Shown: piece by piece, positions 51,321 to 64,000 of the stretch
Numbering within the stretch: position 1 is the stretch's first letter
Layout: each line of letters opens with the position of its first letter
NCBI GenBank assembly: GCA_036172245.1
Contig: JAYWIR010000035.1
Location: 620,001 to 684,000, forward strand
DNA length: 64,000 bases
Direction of reading: 5' to 3'
DNA from: Raillietiella orientalis
Lineage: Eukaryota
Notes under the pieces: model-generated
What the model saw: only the letters and a program-made list of their open reading frames with translations
Databases searched by the model: none
Told to the model about the DNA's origin: nothing
Position numbers and translations under genes: made by a program

Positions 51321-53629
51321 CGTTTTTTTTTTTTTAACGTGAAATAATGTTGTAAAATGTAAATAATGTTGACGCGATTTAAAGGCACAGTTGGAATATT
51401 TGGGTGTGTTGACATCTACATGGTAAAGGTATTATTTTCATGTAAACAAGTGATGATGATTCACGACATTGAAATCATAATCAGTGATTGCAACAAAAAT
51501 AAAGGAAAGAAAAAATCAAAACTTTCAAAATGTTTCCGTGAGCATTATTAAGATTTTTATTGTATGTATCTATTTGGCAAAGTATATCATCTAAAATACT
51601 ATGCATTCGATATAAGGAAGAAAATCTAAATAAGGAAGCGGTTTTTGCAAAAGTTTACATGCTTCCTTTGATGCTTTTCATTCAAGTGGAGTACAATGTC
51701 TTAGCTGTTTGTCGGATACGATGCAAGTTAATGCATTTAGTTCTAAATTTATTACTTGCTCCACTAAAAATTGGTCAGATTTTTCAGGGCTTGTTATTAA
51801 TCTGTAAAACAGATTTAGAGCAAAAACGGAAGCAGAAGCCATATCAAAACGACAAACATCGATGAACAACGTGTCTGTCCTTAGAAACAGTATCGAAAAT
51901 TTTAGTTAGCATAGAGTACAATTGCAGTCAGCGTAAGATAGTGAAGCAGTCTTAAAGCAAGTTTAGTGCAAACTTTGGTAGGTTTGTAGCAGTACACGAT
52001 ATATTTCTTGAAACTAGTTGTTAATCCAGTCGCTACTCTTAATTTTTTTGTATATTTTTATACTGATCATATTGTTTTACATGGGTTTCAGGATTTCAAG
52101 ATCCAGAAATTAAAATATCACATAATGATCAAGTGTTCCAAATGTTGAATAGACTAAAATTGAAACTAGAAGATGGCATTTTTATTGCTCTTTCGTTGGT
52201 TTAATATTTGTTAGTGAATAAAGATATAAGAAGGCTACTATGACATTTCATAGGGTTGTTAGTTATTTCCAGATGCTGATAATCGAGGTTGCTTCTTTAC
52301 ACAATGAAATCGCAGGCAAATTTAGAAATGAAAATAATAGAAAAGTGCAATAATATTCATTAATATGCAGATATCACTGAATATTATTTTGTTAGGCTGT
52401 TGGCTTTGTTGATGACCTTTCGACTACGTTTCTCTGGGAACTTCATTCATAGGGACTTCAAACTTGGTGGACATTAGTCAAGGGAGCAACTGAACACTGG
52501 TTGGCTTGACAAATGCATAACATTTGCAATAAAATTACGAAATTACCATTGTAAACATGGCATTAATTCGTCTACTGAATCTATTCTCGGTAGAAACACA
52601 TAAACATACGGACACAAATATGTTTCACATTGTTCTCAAAATGTTGATTTCAGCATCACTCGATAATGTTTTTAATTTTCAATACTTGCAGATTTAGAAG
52701 GTTTCTCACTTCTTGTTCGTCTGGCTAAGATGGAGATTCACAGCAATTACACCCAGCTTCCTTAAGCAGAGAGAACTTGAAGATGGTCAAGCGCCATCAT
52801 AGTCATACTATTATGTATCCCACTTAGACTGAAATAGAAATTTACAATTCATCAATTAAAATGCTACGGCAGTAATGTTCAGGAATGTATTTTAGACTGT
52901 TTAAAGTAAAATATTCATCATGCATGTTTGAATTATTAACACGACATGCAAAGACTTGTTCATGTGATCATGGCGAGGAAGACATGAAGGCATTTTGCTT
53001 GTGTGATGGTTTTGTGTTGCGCAGAACTTGGACTGTATAATTTATAGGGAGGCATATTATAAATCAGTACCCTTGGTTACTCAGTTTGAAATTGAACCTA
53101 TTTTATGTTACGTTTCTAATGCGGTTTTGATAAGAGCTAGGAAGGTACTGCTTGATGTTGAGTTTATCAATAAGCGTGTGAGAAGTCAATAATGAGGTAT
53201 AGAGTGAGTTTAAAACAGTGTGCAATGCTTTTAATCAAAAGTGAAGTTTTCAGGAATTTATGGTAAATAATGTGAAAAAGTATTGGTATCCACTGAAACG
53301 AAAAGTTTGGGCGTATGAGTGTGTATCCTCCCGAGTCAGCTTGCTGTCTGGCTAATAGGTGAAGTAGGGTGCTGCCAGTGTTCCATGCGCAAGTGGTGGT
53401 AGTGTGCCTTCAATTGAAATTTCCTGTACAACTATCAAAAATGTCGTTTTTAAAATATTAGCGGCTCTTGAAGGAGTTATAAAAAGATGCGCTTTTTAAG
53501 TATATGTGCAGAAAAATCTCAAAGCTTGTTCCTCAGTTTGATTTACAAATGAAACTTTGATTTTTCTGTAGGCTTGTTATGTGGAAGAATTAGACATACA
53601 TTTGAAACTTTAACGTACTTAACTTCTCA

Positions 53630-55204
53630 ATGGGGAAGCTCAAAAAACTTAAAGTTAGTAAAGCAAAAAATGTGCCATTATGTGAACAGCTTCAGGAGGA
53701 AGAAGGGTTGAAACCAATAAAATCTAAGAGAAAATATGTAAAAGAAAACGATATTGTAAGTTTGACCCTTTGTGGCCATTGTGATTCAGTTTGCATTCTC
53801 GTCTGTGTTTAAGTGTATCATTAATAAGCGAATTTTTCAGGTAATTAATTCAGAATTGACCACGAAAATACTAAAAGAGGCCAGAAAACAACAACAGGAA
53901 TTAGAAGAAGAACATGGAATCGGGGATCGAAGAAAGGTTTCATCAATTTCTTTGAATGCTTCTGATTCCAGTTCGGACTCGGAATATGCTGAGAACTGTG
54001 ATTATGCTGTTTATGATGACTTAGTTGAGTTTATTAATTCTATGGAATTTCACATGTGAATTACTGTCTTTTTTTGACACAGGTTTTTAGTTCTGATCTT
54101 CAAAAGAGTTTGGAAAATTTCACAAATTGTGAATACAAAGGTGGCAAAACATTAACGGATATAATCAAAGAAAAAATATCAGAAAAGCAAACAGAGATTG
54201 CTTCAGATTTATCAGATCGACAGAGTAAGACTGAATTATAAGAAATGAATTATCTCTTTCAAAGGTATACAATTATTGGATCTTGACCCTCAAATTGTAG
54301 AATTGTATAGAGGTGTCAGAGATGTATTATCCAAATACAGAAGTGGTAAGCTGCCTAAGGCTTTCAAAATTCTTCCCAGGCTTATTAATTGGGAGCAGAT
54401 TCTAAGTTTGACAGGTATTGAAAGTTTTTTTTTTTTTTTTCTTTTATATTGAAAAAAATATTTCTATTATTTCCAGAACCAGATAAATGGTCAGCAGCTG
54501 CCATGTATCAAGCTACAAGGATATTTACATCAAATATGAAGGAAAATATGGCACAGCGATTTTTCAATCTAATTTTACTTCCACGCGTGCGAGATGATAT
54601 CAGTTATTATAAGCATTTGAACTCTCATCTGTTTCAAGCCCTTCACAAAGCTTTATTTAAACCAGGAGCTTTTTTCAAAGGAATCCTCATACCATTGTGT
54701 GAGGTAAACTTATTCAACTCTTAATTATAATAATTTGAAATTCATTGCAGAGTCAAAGTTGTACTTTGAGAGAAGCTATCATTATTGGTAGTGTACTGGC
54801 TAAACATAGCATTCCAGTTTTACATGCTTCAGCAGCAATGCTGAGGATTGCTGAAATGTCATATAGTGGAGCTAATTCAATATTTTTGCGCATCCTATTT
54901 GATAAACATTATGCACTTCCGTATCAGGTGATTGATGCAGTAGTTTATCACTTCTTACGGTATGTAATTCATTTTTCATTTCAAAAACCTTGATGTCACT
55001 TACATATTCAGATTCCAGCATGAAAGCAGAGAGCTTCCAGTACTCTGGCACCAGGCATTTTTGACATTTGTGCAAAATTATAAGAAGGATATATCAAATG
55101 AGCAAAAAGAAGCTCTTTTGGATTTGTGCAAAGCCCAAAAGCATCATCAAATTACAGCAGAAGTTCGCAAAGAATTGACTGCCTCTTTAGAATTTGCATC
55201 ATAA
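53630..55204 (+). CDS. BYSL: Bystin (Enp1 homologue, 40S ribosome biogenesis), multi-exon
   Basis: [87 protein letters not shown]. Short GT-AG introns (e.g. 53756-53840); stop TAA at 55202-55204. Confidence 0.97.
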
Positions 55205-55959
55205 TAATGAACAGTTGCAATTATCATGTGATTGTGAGTCATCTATATGAAAATCTGTGGTCTTCATTTCATAAGCAGATTTCTTCTTACATTTTCAAAA
55301 AAATCCATGTATTACATTTAGATTACTTAAAACTCTTCAGCTTCTGATAGTCATTCACTGTTTGCAAATTAGAATGATCGTTGTCAGATGAGTGTAAATT
55401 CAATGAATTGATATCCAGGTTTTTTAATAAGTAAAATGGATAAGAGTGCCTCATATGTTTCATGTATATTATATAATACGTGTACGTTATATAATTTATA
55501 CTCTATATTATATACTATACAGTATAAATTATATAATGTACACTGTGTGTTATATAATCATATATTATATAATACGTATTATAATTACTGTTAACATCCT
55601 TACATCTGTTTTTAAAAATTTGATAAATCGATACATTTTCTGTTAGTTAACCACAGTTATTATCGTATGTCTACTGAACTGCGTACATGAACTCTGATAA
55701 TGAAAAAAGGTAATTAGTTTATACGTATTTTTATTTTTATTTCAAGGAAAATTATTCTTGCATCACATATCCAAGCATTTCACAGTAGGGATTTGTACTT
55801 TTACCAGACGAGGCTAGATAAGTAGTAGTTTCCATTCAGTCTGCTATCTGATTTTATCATGGATTCCTAGATGGAAAACATGAATACGTACATGAAAAAG
55901 AGATGAAATAGAAAGCGCTAGTCTGTGTCAGAGAATAAAAGAGTTTTCAATTACTTACA

Positions 55960-56300
55960 GCGAGTCACACACCTTAAACTTCACGCACCGTGTTTGTCGA
56001 TGTTGACCCAGTAAGCTTGTCGAGCTCAAATAGAAAATTTCTAGCATTCAGTTACCGTGGTTTATAAATTTATCTCAAGAGCCTCCACAAATTTCTTAAG
56101 GAGTATCGATGCTTACGAAAATGCTTAGACACTGCTCCCATAATTCTGAAGGATTCGGTTGCGAGTTTTTTCATGTCTGGTTTTACAAAGGATTTTGTGG
56201 TCAGTAGTGTAAGGACAAGTAGTCGTGACTGCAGTTTGCGACATCGTCATCTAAATTTTCTCAGCCTCCTCTCAAAGCTTTTCTTTCGTCACACATAACA
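55960..56300 (-). mobile_element. Possible very old RT remnant
   Basis: TTCPYTTDHKILCK resembles ISLLNTDYKILAK; nothing else convincing. Confidence 0.25.
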
Positions 56301-58692
56301 CCAGTGGTTTTTTCGAATATTTGGTAACATTATTATACATGAGTAATCCCTTGCATACCGAATGATAGCACGCGAGAACGTCTGTAGTTCTTTTAGAGCT
56401 GGAGTATCACAATAGCTGATAATTTCGTTGCGATTTTTCTATTACATCTGAAATGATTCACGATCAGTCTCTGCTCACAAAGACACATAGACAGCACGAA
56501 GGAATCTTGGCAGTGGATACTTCACCGACCTGAAGTTGCAAATACCAATCATCCCAGCTTCGCTGTCAGTAATTGTAGAGGCCACTTTTGTTAAGTAGTC
56601 TTATGAAATGGAAACTCTTATCCACAAGTGCTATAAGTATACATGATTATGTCGTTCCATATAAAGTTCCGGGTTAATTGATTCTTCATATATCGAGCCC
56701 CAAAAAAAATCGAACAATAACTGCTACTCCTACTGATTATGTGACAGCTCCGTCATCGGTACATGAAGTAAAGAAATTTTAACTGACCCCTTACATTAGT
56801 CCTAATCTTTCAAATTCTATCCTTCAGTGTACTTCTAGTTCTACTGATTTGGTTATACTCCGACTAATTTTCGCTCTCTATAAAAGTTAGGAAGACTAAC
56901 TGTTCCATGCACCCTTCGTCACTAAATGGCTGCTAATAAAGGGCAGTGGTCTTTCGGTCTTCGACACTGGAGCTGGTAGCATCTAATTCTGTCAGTAACA
57001 GACTCCAGGAAAGCATTTGCTTGCAACTTTACCTTAATTTTGTAAGAAATGTATTCTTTACTTTCTTGATCGAGTCGTTCGCGATTTCTTGCACAATATC
57101 GTTCTACTGCTGAGATCAGAAGTTCTTACCAGAACACAATAGAAATTGCAGTTCGCCATCCTCGATATTATATGCCAATGTTGGTTTCACCTGCTTGTTT
57201 TTGTTCTAGTTAACAAAAACGAGATTTTTACAAAATCATATATTTATTTGAGAGAAACGGTAAATCATCTATTAGAAATAGATAGCGTTTTTTTTTTTTG
57301 TTTGTTTTTCGAAATATTATCTCAAAACTTCAGTTTGAGATACAAACAACGACTACATTTTTTAAGGAAGCTACAAATTGAAAAGAAAAACAAATGAACA
57401 AAATAACATAACTTTTCACATGGAGCATGAAAATGTTTATGGATTGTTGGGGCTTTTTCTTAGTGATTATAAATTTTTGGTGCTTACATATTCTATATGT
57501 GAGTAGCCAGACGATGTATTTCTACATTTTCCGAATTTATAACATGTAGAATGTTATTTGTGCGATGGGAAAACCTTAGGGGGAAAAAACGTGCAACTAA
57601 GATAATATGTAATTCCATTTTATTAATATCTGGCAGTTAATTAATTTAATAGTGCTTTCATATTTTGTTTTGCATGTTTACCATTTTATTCGCCCCACCA
57701 CCAATAAGGAGTGTTAAACAGAGATAATGAATAAGAGCATAATAAATTTTTCATTTTATTCAGTCATTCATGAGAATTTCCATTTCAACGCATACTGATA
57801 TCGTGAAATAGTACAGCTGCTATTAAGTTCTATTACCATACAAAAATTTCGTCCAATGAAATCGTCATGTGTATATAGTTTTAATCGTTTAGTTGGAATT
57901 GAGCGCCTCCTTCGAGTTTACTCTCTTTCATTTTTAGCTAACTCAAGTTTGATTGCTATTTTAGCCTTCGTGAACGCTGAGATTTATGTATCCTAGATAT
58001 ATATCCTAGACAGGCACGATAATTCCTTAAATAATTTCTGGGATGTAAGTGAAACCAGAATGCAATACAGTCCAGTGATCCTAGTTCTGTATATTTGAAA
58101 CTGAATACAAATTGTGTATCAAACAGCGTGATTTGTGCTTTATCATTAGGTGTGTTGTAGAGAATGAGACTTTTTGAAGAATAAAAATAATGCTCCTAAA
58201 TTTCATGAAAATCATTAGCTTTTTGATTAAAAATTAAAATTTCTTTTTCATGATCATCGATCCTTCTGAACCTATCGATTCTGATAAGTTTATAGTGGCT
58301 AAACAAATTCTTCGGGACTTTGGAATAAATACATTTATCCTACGTTTGTACATTCTTTCGAGTTATTATGCTGATTTTTATTTGAAGTGAAAGATCTATC
58401 GGATTGAATCTAATCTATCGGAACATAAAAAAATTCCAGCTCTCACGAAAAAGATTTTTTGGTATACATCTCATTAGAAATACTATTTAATTTATTAAGT
58501 AAAATTTTTAATCTAGCACTTCAATGTAATTTTGTAATTTCATCTGGTAGTATGACACATCTTGTTACTCTGCTTCTTCATTCAAAATTTCAGAATCGCT
58601 AGGAAAGTAGCAGTTGGTCAGGGCAAGTAGTACGTGCGATGACTTAAAAAAGCAGGTGATAAGTTGCAACATAGTAATTATTGATCTTAAGA

Positions 58693-59700
58693 ATGGTAAG
58701 CAATGTAATTATCTTTAATCGACTTGCATGCATATTAAATTAAATATCATAACTCAAGTGTAAATGAAGTGTTAACTAAGGTGTGGAGAATTGTTTTGTG
58801 TTTAGGGATGCATGAGTAAACGAGACTGTCTTAAGTAGTTATCAAATACTTGGCAAAAAGTGTGAAATATTATTAGTTTTTTTTTGAGAAGTAGACAGTA
58901 ATTGACATATTCCGAAGTGCGCGGAATTATCCTCATTATGTGTGTATATGTGAACTCCACGGAAGACCGTTGCGTAGGATTTCTGTGTAAAAATGTTAAC
59001 ATGCAGGTGTTTTTATGGCATTGTTAAGCACTTGTGAGAATTAAGTAAATAGTGAGGTTTTACATTGTGCATTTCAAATCTTGGATATGGAGCAAGGAAC
59101 TTGAAATTTATTTTGATTTTAAATATGTAATCAAGCTATACTGATGCCAGTTTTATTATTTCTCCATTAGGATGTTTTTCTCATGGTTAGAAGACAGAAA
59201 ACTACAATATTTACAGATTGTAAAGAAACAACACCAATAGTGGAACTAAAAAAAATCATTGAAGGTATGCAATTTCTCAATTGATGTCAACTACCTTGTT
59301 AGATCGTTCACTCAAACTTAAGTGTCTTTAGAATAAACTATTTCAATTAGGAATTACGAAAGTTCCAGTAGAAAGTCAACGACTTTATAAAGATGATGTC
59401 ATTATGGAAGATTCCAAACTGCTTTCAGAATATGGTCTTAATTCTTCCACAGCTAGAGCCCAAAGTCCTGCTACTGTGAAACTGTGTTTTAGGTATAATA
59501 TTGAGAGATTTCTATGAATTTTGTTACCATAATGGAACTGTATTATAAATTTAGAAAACTATATTGTTTTTTTGGGTAATTTTAGAAATGACAGTGGTGA
59601 GTTTGAGCTGCCAGAAATAGCACCTTTGTCGACTCCTCCAGAATTACCAGAAGTTATGAAACCACAGGAACCCATTAATACCGAGCAAGCAATTGCCTAA
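58693..59700 (+). CDS. ELOB: Elongin B (ubiquitin-like), four coding exons
   Basis: ATG|gtaag at 58693-58695 (inferred start); 59171-59264 [19 protein letters not shown]; 59351-59492 QRLYKDD...[12 protein letters not shown]; 59586-59700 [21 protein letters not shown] at ~59740. Confidence 0.95.
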
Positions 59701-60146
59701 TGTGTTTTTCATGAAAACATATTCATCTAGATTTCAAAAAATAAATGAAGCATCTGCAGAACATTAAAAAGTAATTCCTCCTGTTTGCATAAGATTAATC
59801 AAACCTTTTGAATTTATGTTGTCTGTAACTCGAAAAAAAATTTACTCCTATTGAAATATTTGTATCTTGCATGTATTGAAAGTTGTAATCATGTAACATT
59901 CACTCACATCACTAAGTGGAAAATTTCATATGAAAGTGGTTACTGTGCCTAAATATTCAGGTATATTGTAAAGGTTTAATATGTAAGTGTACTTATTGAT
60001 TGTTCTCATTGACATTCTAAAATTAGTACATTTTTTTCTTAAAAATTTTGTAGTTTTAGATCATAACTTGTAATAAAATAACATGAAATGCTTGTTATAG
60101 TGTTGCAGGCATCAGAGAAAACATCCACCCATTTTTGCTTTAAAAA

Positions 60147-60154
<8 letters not shown>

Positions 60155-60182
<28 letters not shown>
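60155..60182. repeat. (TA)n microsatellite
   Basis: Directly visible dinucleotide run. Confidence 0.9.
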
Positions 60183-60187
<5 letters not shown>

Positions 60188-62855
60188 TGACTGATGGTTT
60201 GTGTATGCTTATTTTCTCTCATCTGCTGTGTTTAAGAATAAGTAGGCATTGTCTCTTTTCATGTCAGAAGTTTGTTTTCTGGTAATGTAAACATTTCAAA
60301 GAAGATGTTTATATATATAACGAAGTTGTCAAATAAAGCAATGAAACTATGTACAAGAATGCTAGGTTAGTACAGATCTTTCACAGATTGAGTGACCCTT
60401 TCTGAATAAAATCCGTAAACCTTATTTTGTCCTTGCAGAAAATTTTGAAGTGGTCCAAAATAGTCACAATGTGCAGTTTTTGACACCATAACATTACATA
60501 CCTTTATGATCTTCAGCTCAGAATGTATGATGCAATAACTGGGCATTCTGTTATTTTTCCATAATTCACTGCATACGAATTTTTAAATTGAGCATATTAA
60601 ATTTAAGAAAATTGAAATTATGAATACTGTGTAAAAGCTATTTGCTGCACTCTGCAATTAGTTAAGTTATTGACAATAGCATTATGCAATGCAAGAATAA
60701 ATGCCAAACAGCAGCTATATAATTTGTAAAGTAGGTGGTTGCTATTCATTTAGTATAATTCGAGTTGTTGAGAATAGTACGACAAACTGGATCTGCCCAA
60801 ATGTGTACCAAATAGGTCATTAGAACTGATCCAATGCCATGTGAACATACATTCACAGCATAAGCATGCACTGACAAAAAATTAAAACACTGCACAGAAA
60901 TGCAAAAATTTACCATAAACTAAAAAGCAGTCTTAACTAAAAACTGAACCAGAGGGTGCAACAATACATTAACACTTACACTTGCAGAAATTTCAATATG
61001 GAAAGATTGCAGACAATGCACATGGAAACAGTGGAAACACTATGTGATTTGTTGCATTATGGCAATAATTATGGAGAAGCTGGTAATCAGATTTTAAACT
61101 ATTTGCCAGACCACTTGCAAGAATTACATTACACAATGGTATAACTACAGCTGGCATTCTAGTCACAATTACTGGTGAAAAAATTATGTTAAACCCACAG
61201 ATGAGTCAATCACTTGAAATTCTGAATTGGCACTATCACTAGCAACCGTGGTCATGGCTGTTATGCAATACATTTTTAAAATAAAACTCTCAGCTGTGAC
61301 ATTTGTTTTTGTTTGCAAATAATGGATGAGATCTCAAATAGGCGACATTTCAAACTTCTAACTGGAAACACAATTGTAGTTAGCAACATAGCAATGCAAA
61401 ATGAGAGCAAAGTGAAGCCAGTACAAAGAGCAAAGTGCTTTTTACTTATTAGGCACGAAATGTAAGCAATTTATATATAGTTGCATGACTGTTGCTTGCC
61501 TGTTTTAATTGAAAACTTAGAATCAATACAAGGCTCACATCAAGAATCAGATGCTTTATCACAATCCACTATTAACCTGCAATTTTGCATTTATTGGCTG
61601 TTTTATGTTGAATGAACATCCTGTAACCAATGAAATACATGTATGTTAGAAAATGCTATTCAAGATTTTTGTAAGCAACTCTAAATTGAATCATAAATCC
61701 ACACCAGTGTCAGTACTGGGAATTGAATCGAATTTTTGCAGCACTTTTACTTGGAAGCTTCTAAGGATACTGATTTCTTTATATTCCCATGGAATGACTG
61801 GAACGATTTTCTTATGCTGGTGTTAGATTAAACTAAGTTTTAAATGTTAATAGCTGTCATGCTTCAATTAATTTTCCAGTTTACAATGATTTGTTACCTG
61901 CTTAGAGCTTCTAATGCTGCTTCCAAGAATACGATTTCCAAGGATTTTCTGTGATGTGTAGAACTTTTCCTGGCACATTGCATTTTCATGAAAAAAAAAT
62001 TACTCATACTGTTTCCAAGTTCCTAACAAAGTTGCACCTCTTTATCAAACTTTGCATTCTCATACAAGCATTGTACTTTTTTGTATTGAGGAGTATTTGA
62101 TAGGTGATAAAACAAGAGGGCAATGTAAAATTTTAATTTATGTTATGATCTAGTTGTTACATGCAGCCCATTCTGTTTATCCATATTGCAGTTTTAATTT
62201 TAGAAACTACAAATTATGGTAACCTGCACAGTTAATTATATTTTATTATACATTGAAGAGGTGCACAGAAAAGGACTTGTTGCCATCAAAATTATGGTGA
62301 AAACTTACACATCATTAATAATATCAAGGATATATAGTAAGAACAATCTGAGGAATCTCCTAAATTTTTCTGTATGAAATTCAATTTTTCTCTAACATTA
62401 CTTCATGAAGGTACAAGACTATTACAAATTTCCAAAATATACAATGTCATTCTCTACCCATCTACCAAAACTTCATTTCATTCATTTTCATTACATTCAT
62501 GTCATTTGCTTTATGCTGAATTCATGTAAAACATTGGTTCATCAGTCATGAATAAAAGATACACTGGGTTCCCATTATAGGAATTTTCCATAAATACTGA
62601 TGCTATTCTAATTCATTTCATAACATTTTCAATAGATGCTAAACTTAAAGGTAAAGCAAAACTTTTAGAACAATTCTAATTTCCAACATAATGGATCAGA
62701 TGACACAGTTCAGTCTTGTTTGGATCATGGTAGCTTTGAATTTATAGTCAAATTAATGTCACAAAACTCCAGTTTTTTTTTGTGAATGTTCACAAATCAA
62801 TTCTCAGTGAATTTAAATTTTAACTAAAAGAACCATTTGGAGAGGGTTATCCAGA

Positions 62856-63290
62856 TCACTGCGGCAGTCCCAAAGTTGCTTGAAAAGCCTTCCCATCCAT
62901 TTGGGTGGCCATTTTACAGATTTGCCGATGTCTTTCATAAGAGACAGGTTCTTCAAGAATTTCGCCTTCCCCACGAATTAAACGACTTCGACCAGTTTGA
63001 ACATCTATTATCCTACGAATCTTACTATGCTGTTTATCCCATTCTTCCTTAGTCATTGGAGCCATACGCTTTGACATTTCAGCAAGATGGAAATCATCTT
63101 GAGGTTGAGGTCCTATTTCTGGTGAACTATTTCCATCCTTCTTTGCCTTTTTCATTTGTCGCCATTCTTTTTTCAATTTCTTCATTAGCTTTTTTTCTGC
63201 TTTGGCCTTTTTTTGAAGAAGTTTCTCTTCTTTTTTCATCTTCTTGGAAACTTCGGTGCTCTTTTCACTTTTGTCCTTCTTCTTTCCCAT
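62856..63290 (-). CDS. ARL6IP4: ARL6IP4 / SR-25-like nuclear splicing-associated protein, single coding exon
   Basis: Lys-rich N-terminus, then MAPMTKEEWDKQHSKIRRIIDVQTGRSRLIRGEGEILEEPVSYERHRQICKMATQMDG, the conserved C-terminal block of this family. ATG at 63290. Confidence 0.9.
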   Translation of the reverse strand: MGKKKDKSEKSTEVSKKMKKEEKLLQKKAKAEKKLMKKLKKEWRQMKKAKKDGNSSPEIGPQPQDDFHLAEMSKRMAPMTKEEWDKQHSKIRRIIDVQTGRSRLIRGEGEILEEPVSYERHRQICKMATQMDGKAFQATLGLPQ

Positions 63291-64000
63291 TTTCAACACA
63301 TCAAAAAACAATAACAAGGATTACATTATAAGTGTATAACACGATTGCAAACACTAAACAAATCAAACAAAAAATCATAAATCATTACTGAAACTTCACG
63401 GTTACCAAATGTGCTAAACAAGTACAAGCCAAAACAATAAAATTCAAACTCAAGAAAAGATATAGAAAAAACTGATATAAAAATGATCAACAGGAAATTT
63501 ATCCGATATACAAAAAACATTCATTTGTATCCTTGTAAAACTATAAGATCTACTTTCATCTAATCATACTGAATAGATGAAAGTAACCTAATAGCTCCGC
63601 GAAGATTTCACATGCAAAACGATTTTGCTCTACAGGTTTGGAATCATGCTTTCGCACATCCATATTTTTGCTATTTGTGCAAGAAAATATGTTATTTTAA
63701 TATTGGAATTTTTAAGTAATCTGCAACAAAAATGCAGAAAATTTCGTTTTGAATTTTAGTATGCAGCTGCGCAATTAACGCAGAATTCTGTAAAGTTACG
63801 AAATCTTCTGTTGTGAACGGAAAAGTGGAACGAAAACTTGTTTCGTGAGACTACTATACACTGGCTGTGTACTACTATGACTATGTACTACTATACATTG
63901 ACTCATTTCGTCACTCGAAAAAATCAAACTTCAGTAATAAATTTAAAAAAAATGAAATCAATTTAGGGGTTCTCTGTAGGGTCTCCTTAAAGACAAAAAC

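Noticed and set aside
55460..55590. Ile/Tyr-rich ORF 55446-55646
   Set aside because: Translation of degenerate TA-rich low-complexity sequence.
60956..61250. Exon-like open block NFNMERLQ...LHYTM
   Set aside because: Plausible splice sites, but no start exon, no recognisable domain, and an early stop in the next block.

Overview
Eukaryotic (animal, probably invertebrate) genomic DNA with very short GT-AG introns. Five conserved genes can be reconstructed. They are a compact PAS-domain kinase (PASK, +, ~17.2-20.1 kb), a BAR+RhoGAP gene of the RICH/ARHGAP17/44 type (-, 20.1-27.2 kb), bystin (+, 53.6-55.2 kb), Elongin B (+, 58.7-59.7 kb) and an ARL6IP4/SR-25-like protein (-, 62.9-63.3 kb). The PASK and RhoGAP stop codons face each other only 19 nt apart. 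Two sharply bounded GC-rich islands (1-8.9 kb and ~37.8-51.3 kb) are piles of decayed, nested non-LTR retrotransposons of L1/Tx1-like layout on both strands, and most short ORFs there are by-products of this DNA. The most notable unexplained structure is a recurring 3' terminus shared by at least seven of these element copies. It consists of a hairpin whose sequence varies, a T/A-rich stretch (AATAAA in three copies), then CCCGG-N5-CCGGG-TGA, with no poly(A) tail. Also seen: a ~110 bp inverted repeat, a recent ~300 bp duplication, a mariner-like remnant in a RhoGAP intron, and a possible decayed gene split by the 13.5 kb retroelement island. All family assignments come from motif recognition by eye; no searches were run, and element boundaries are approximate.
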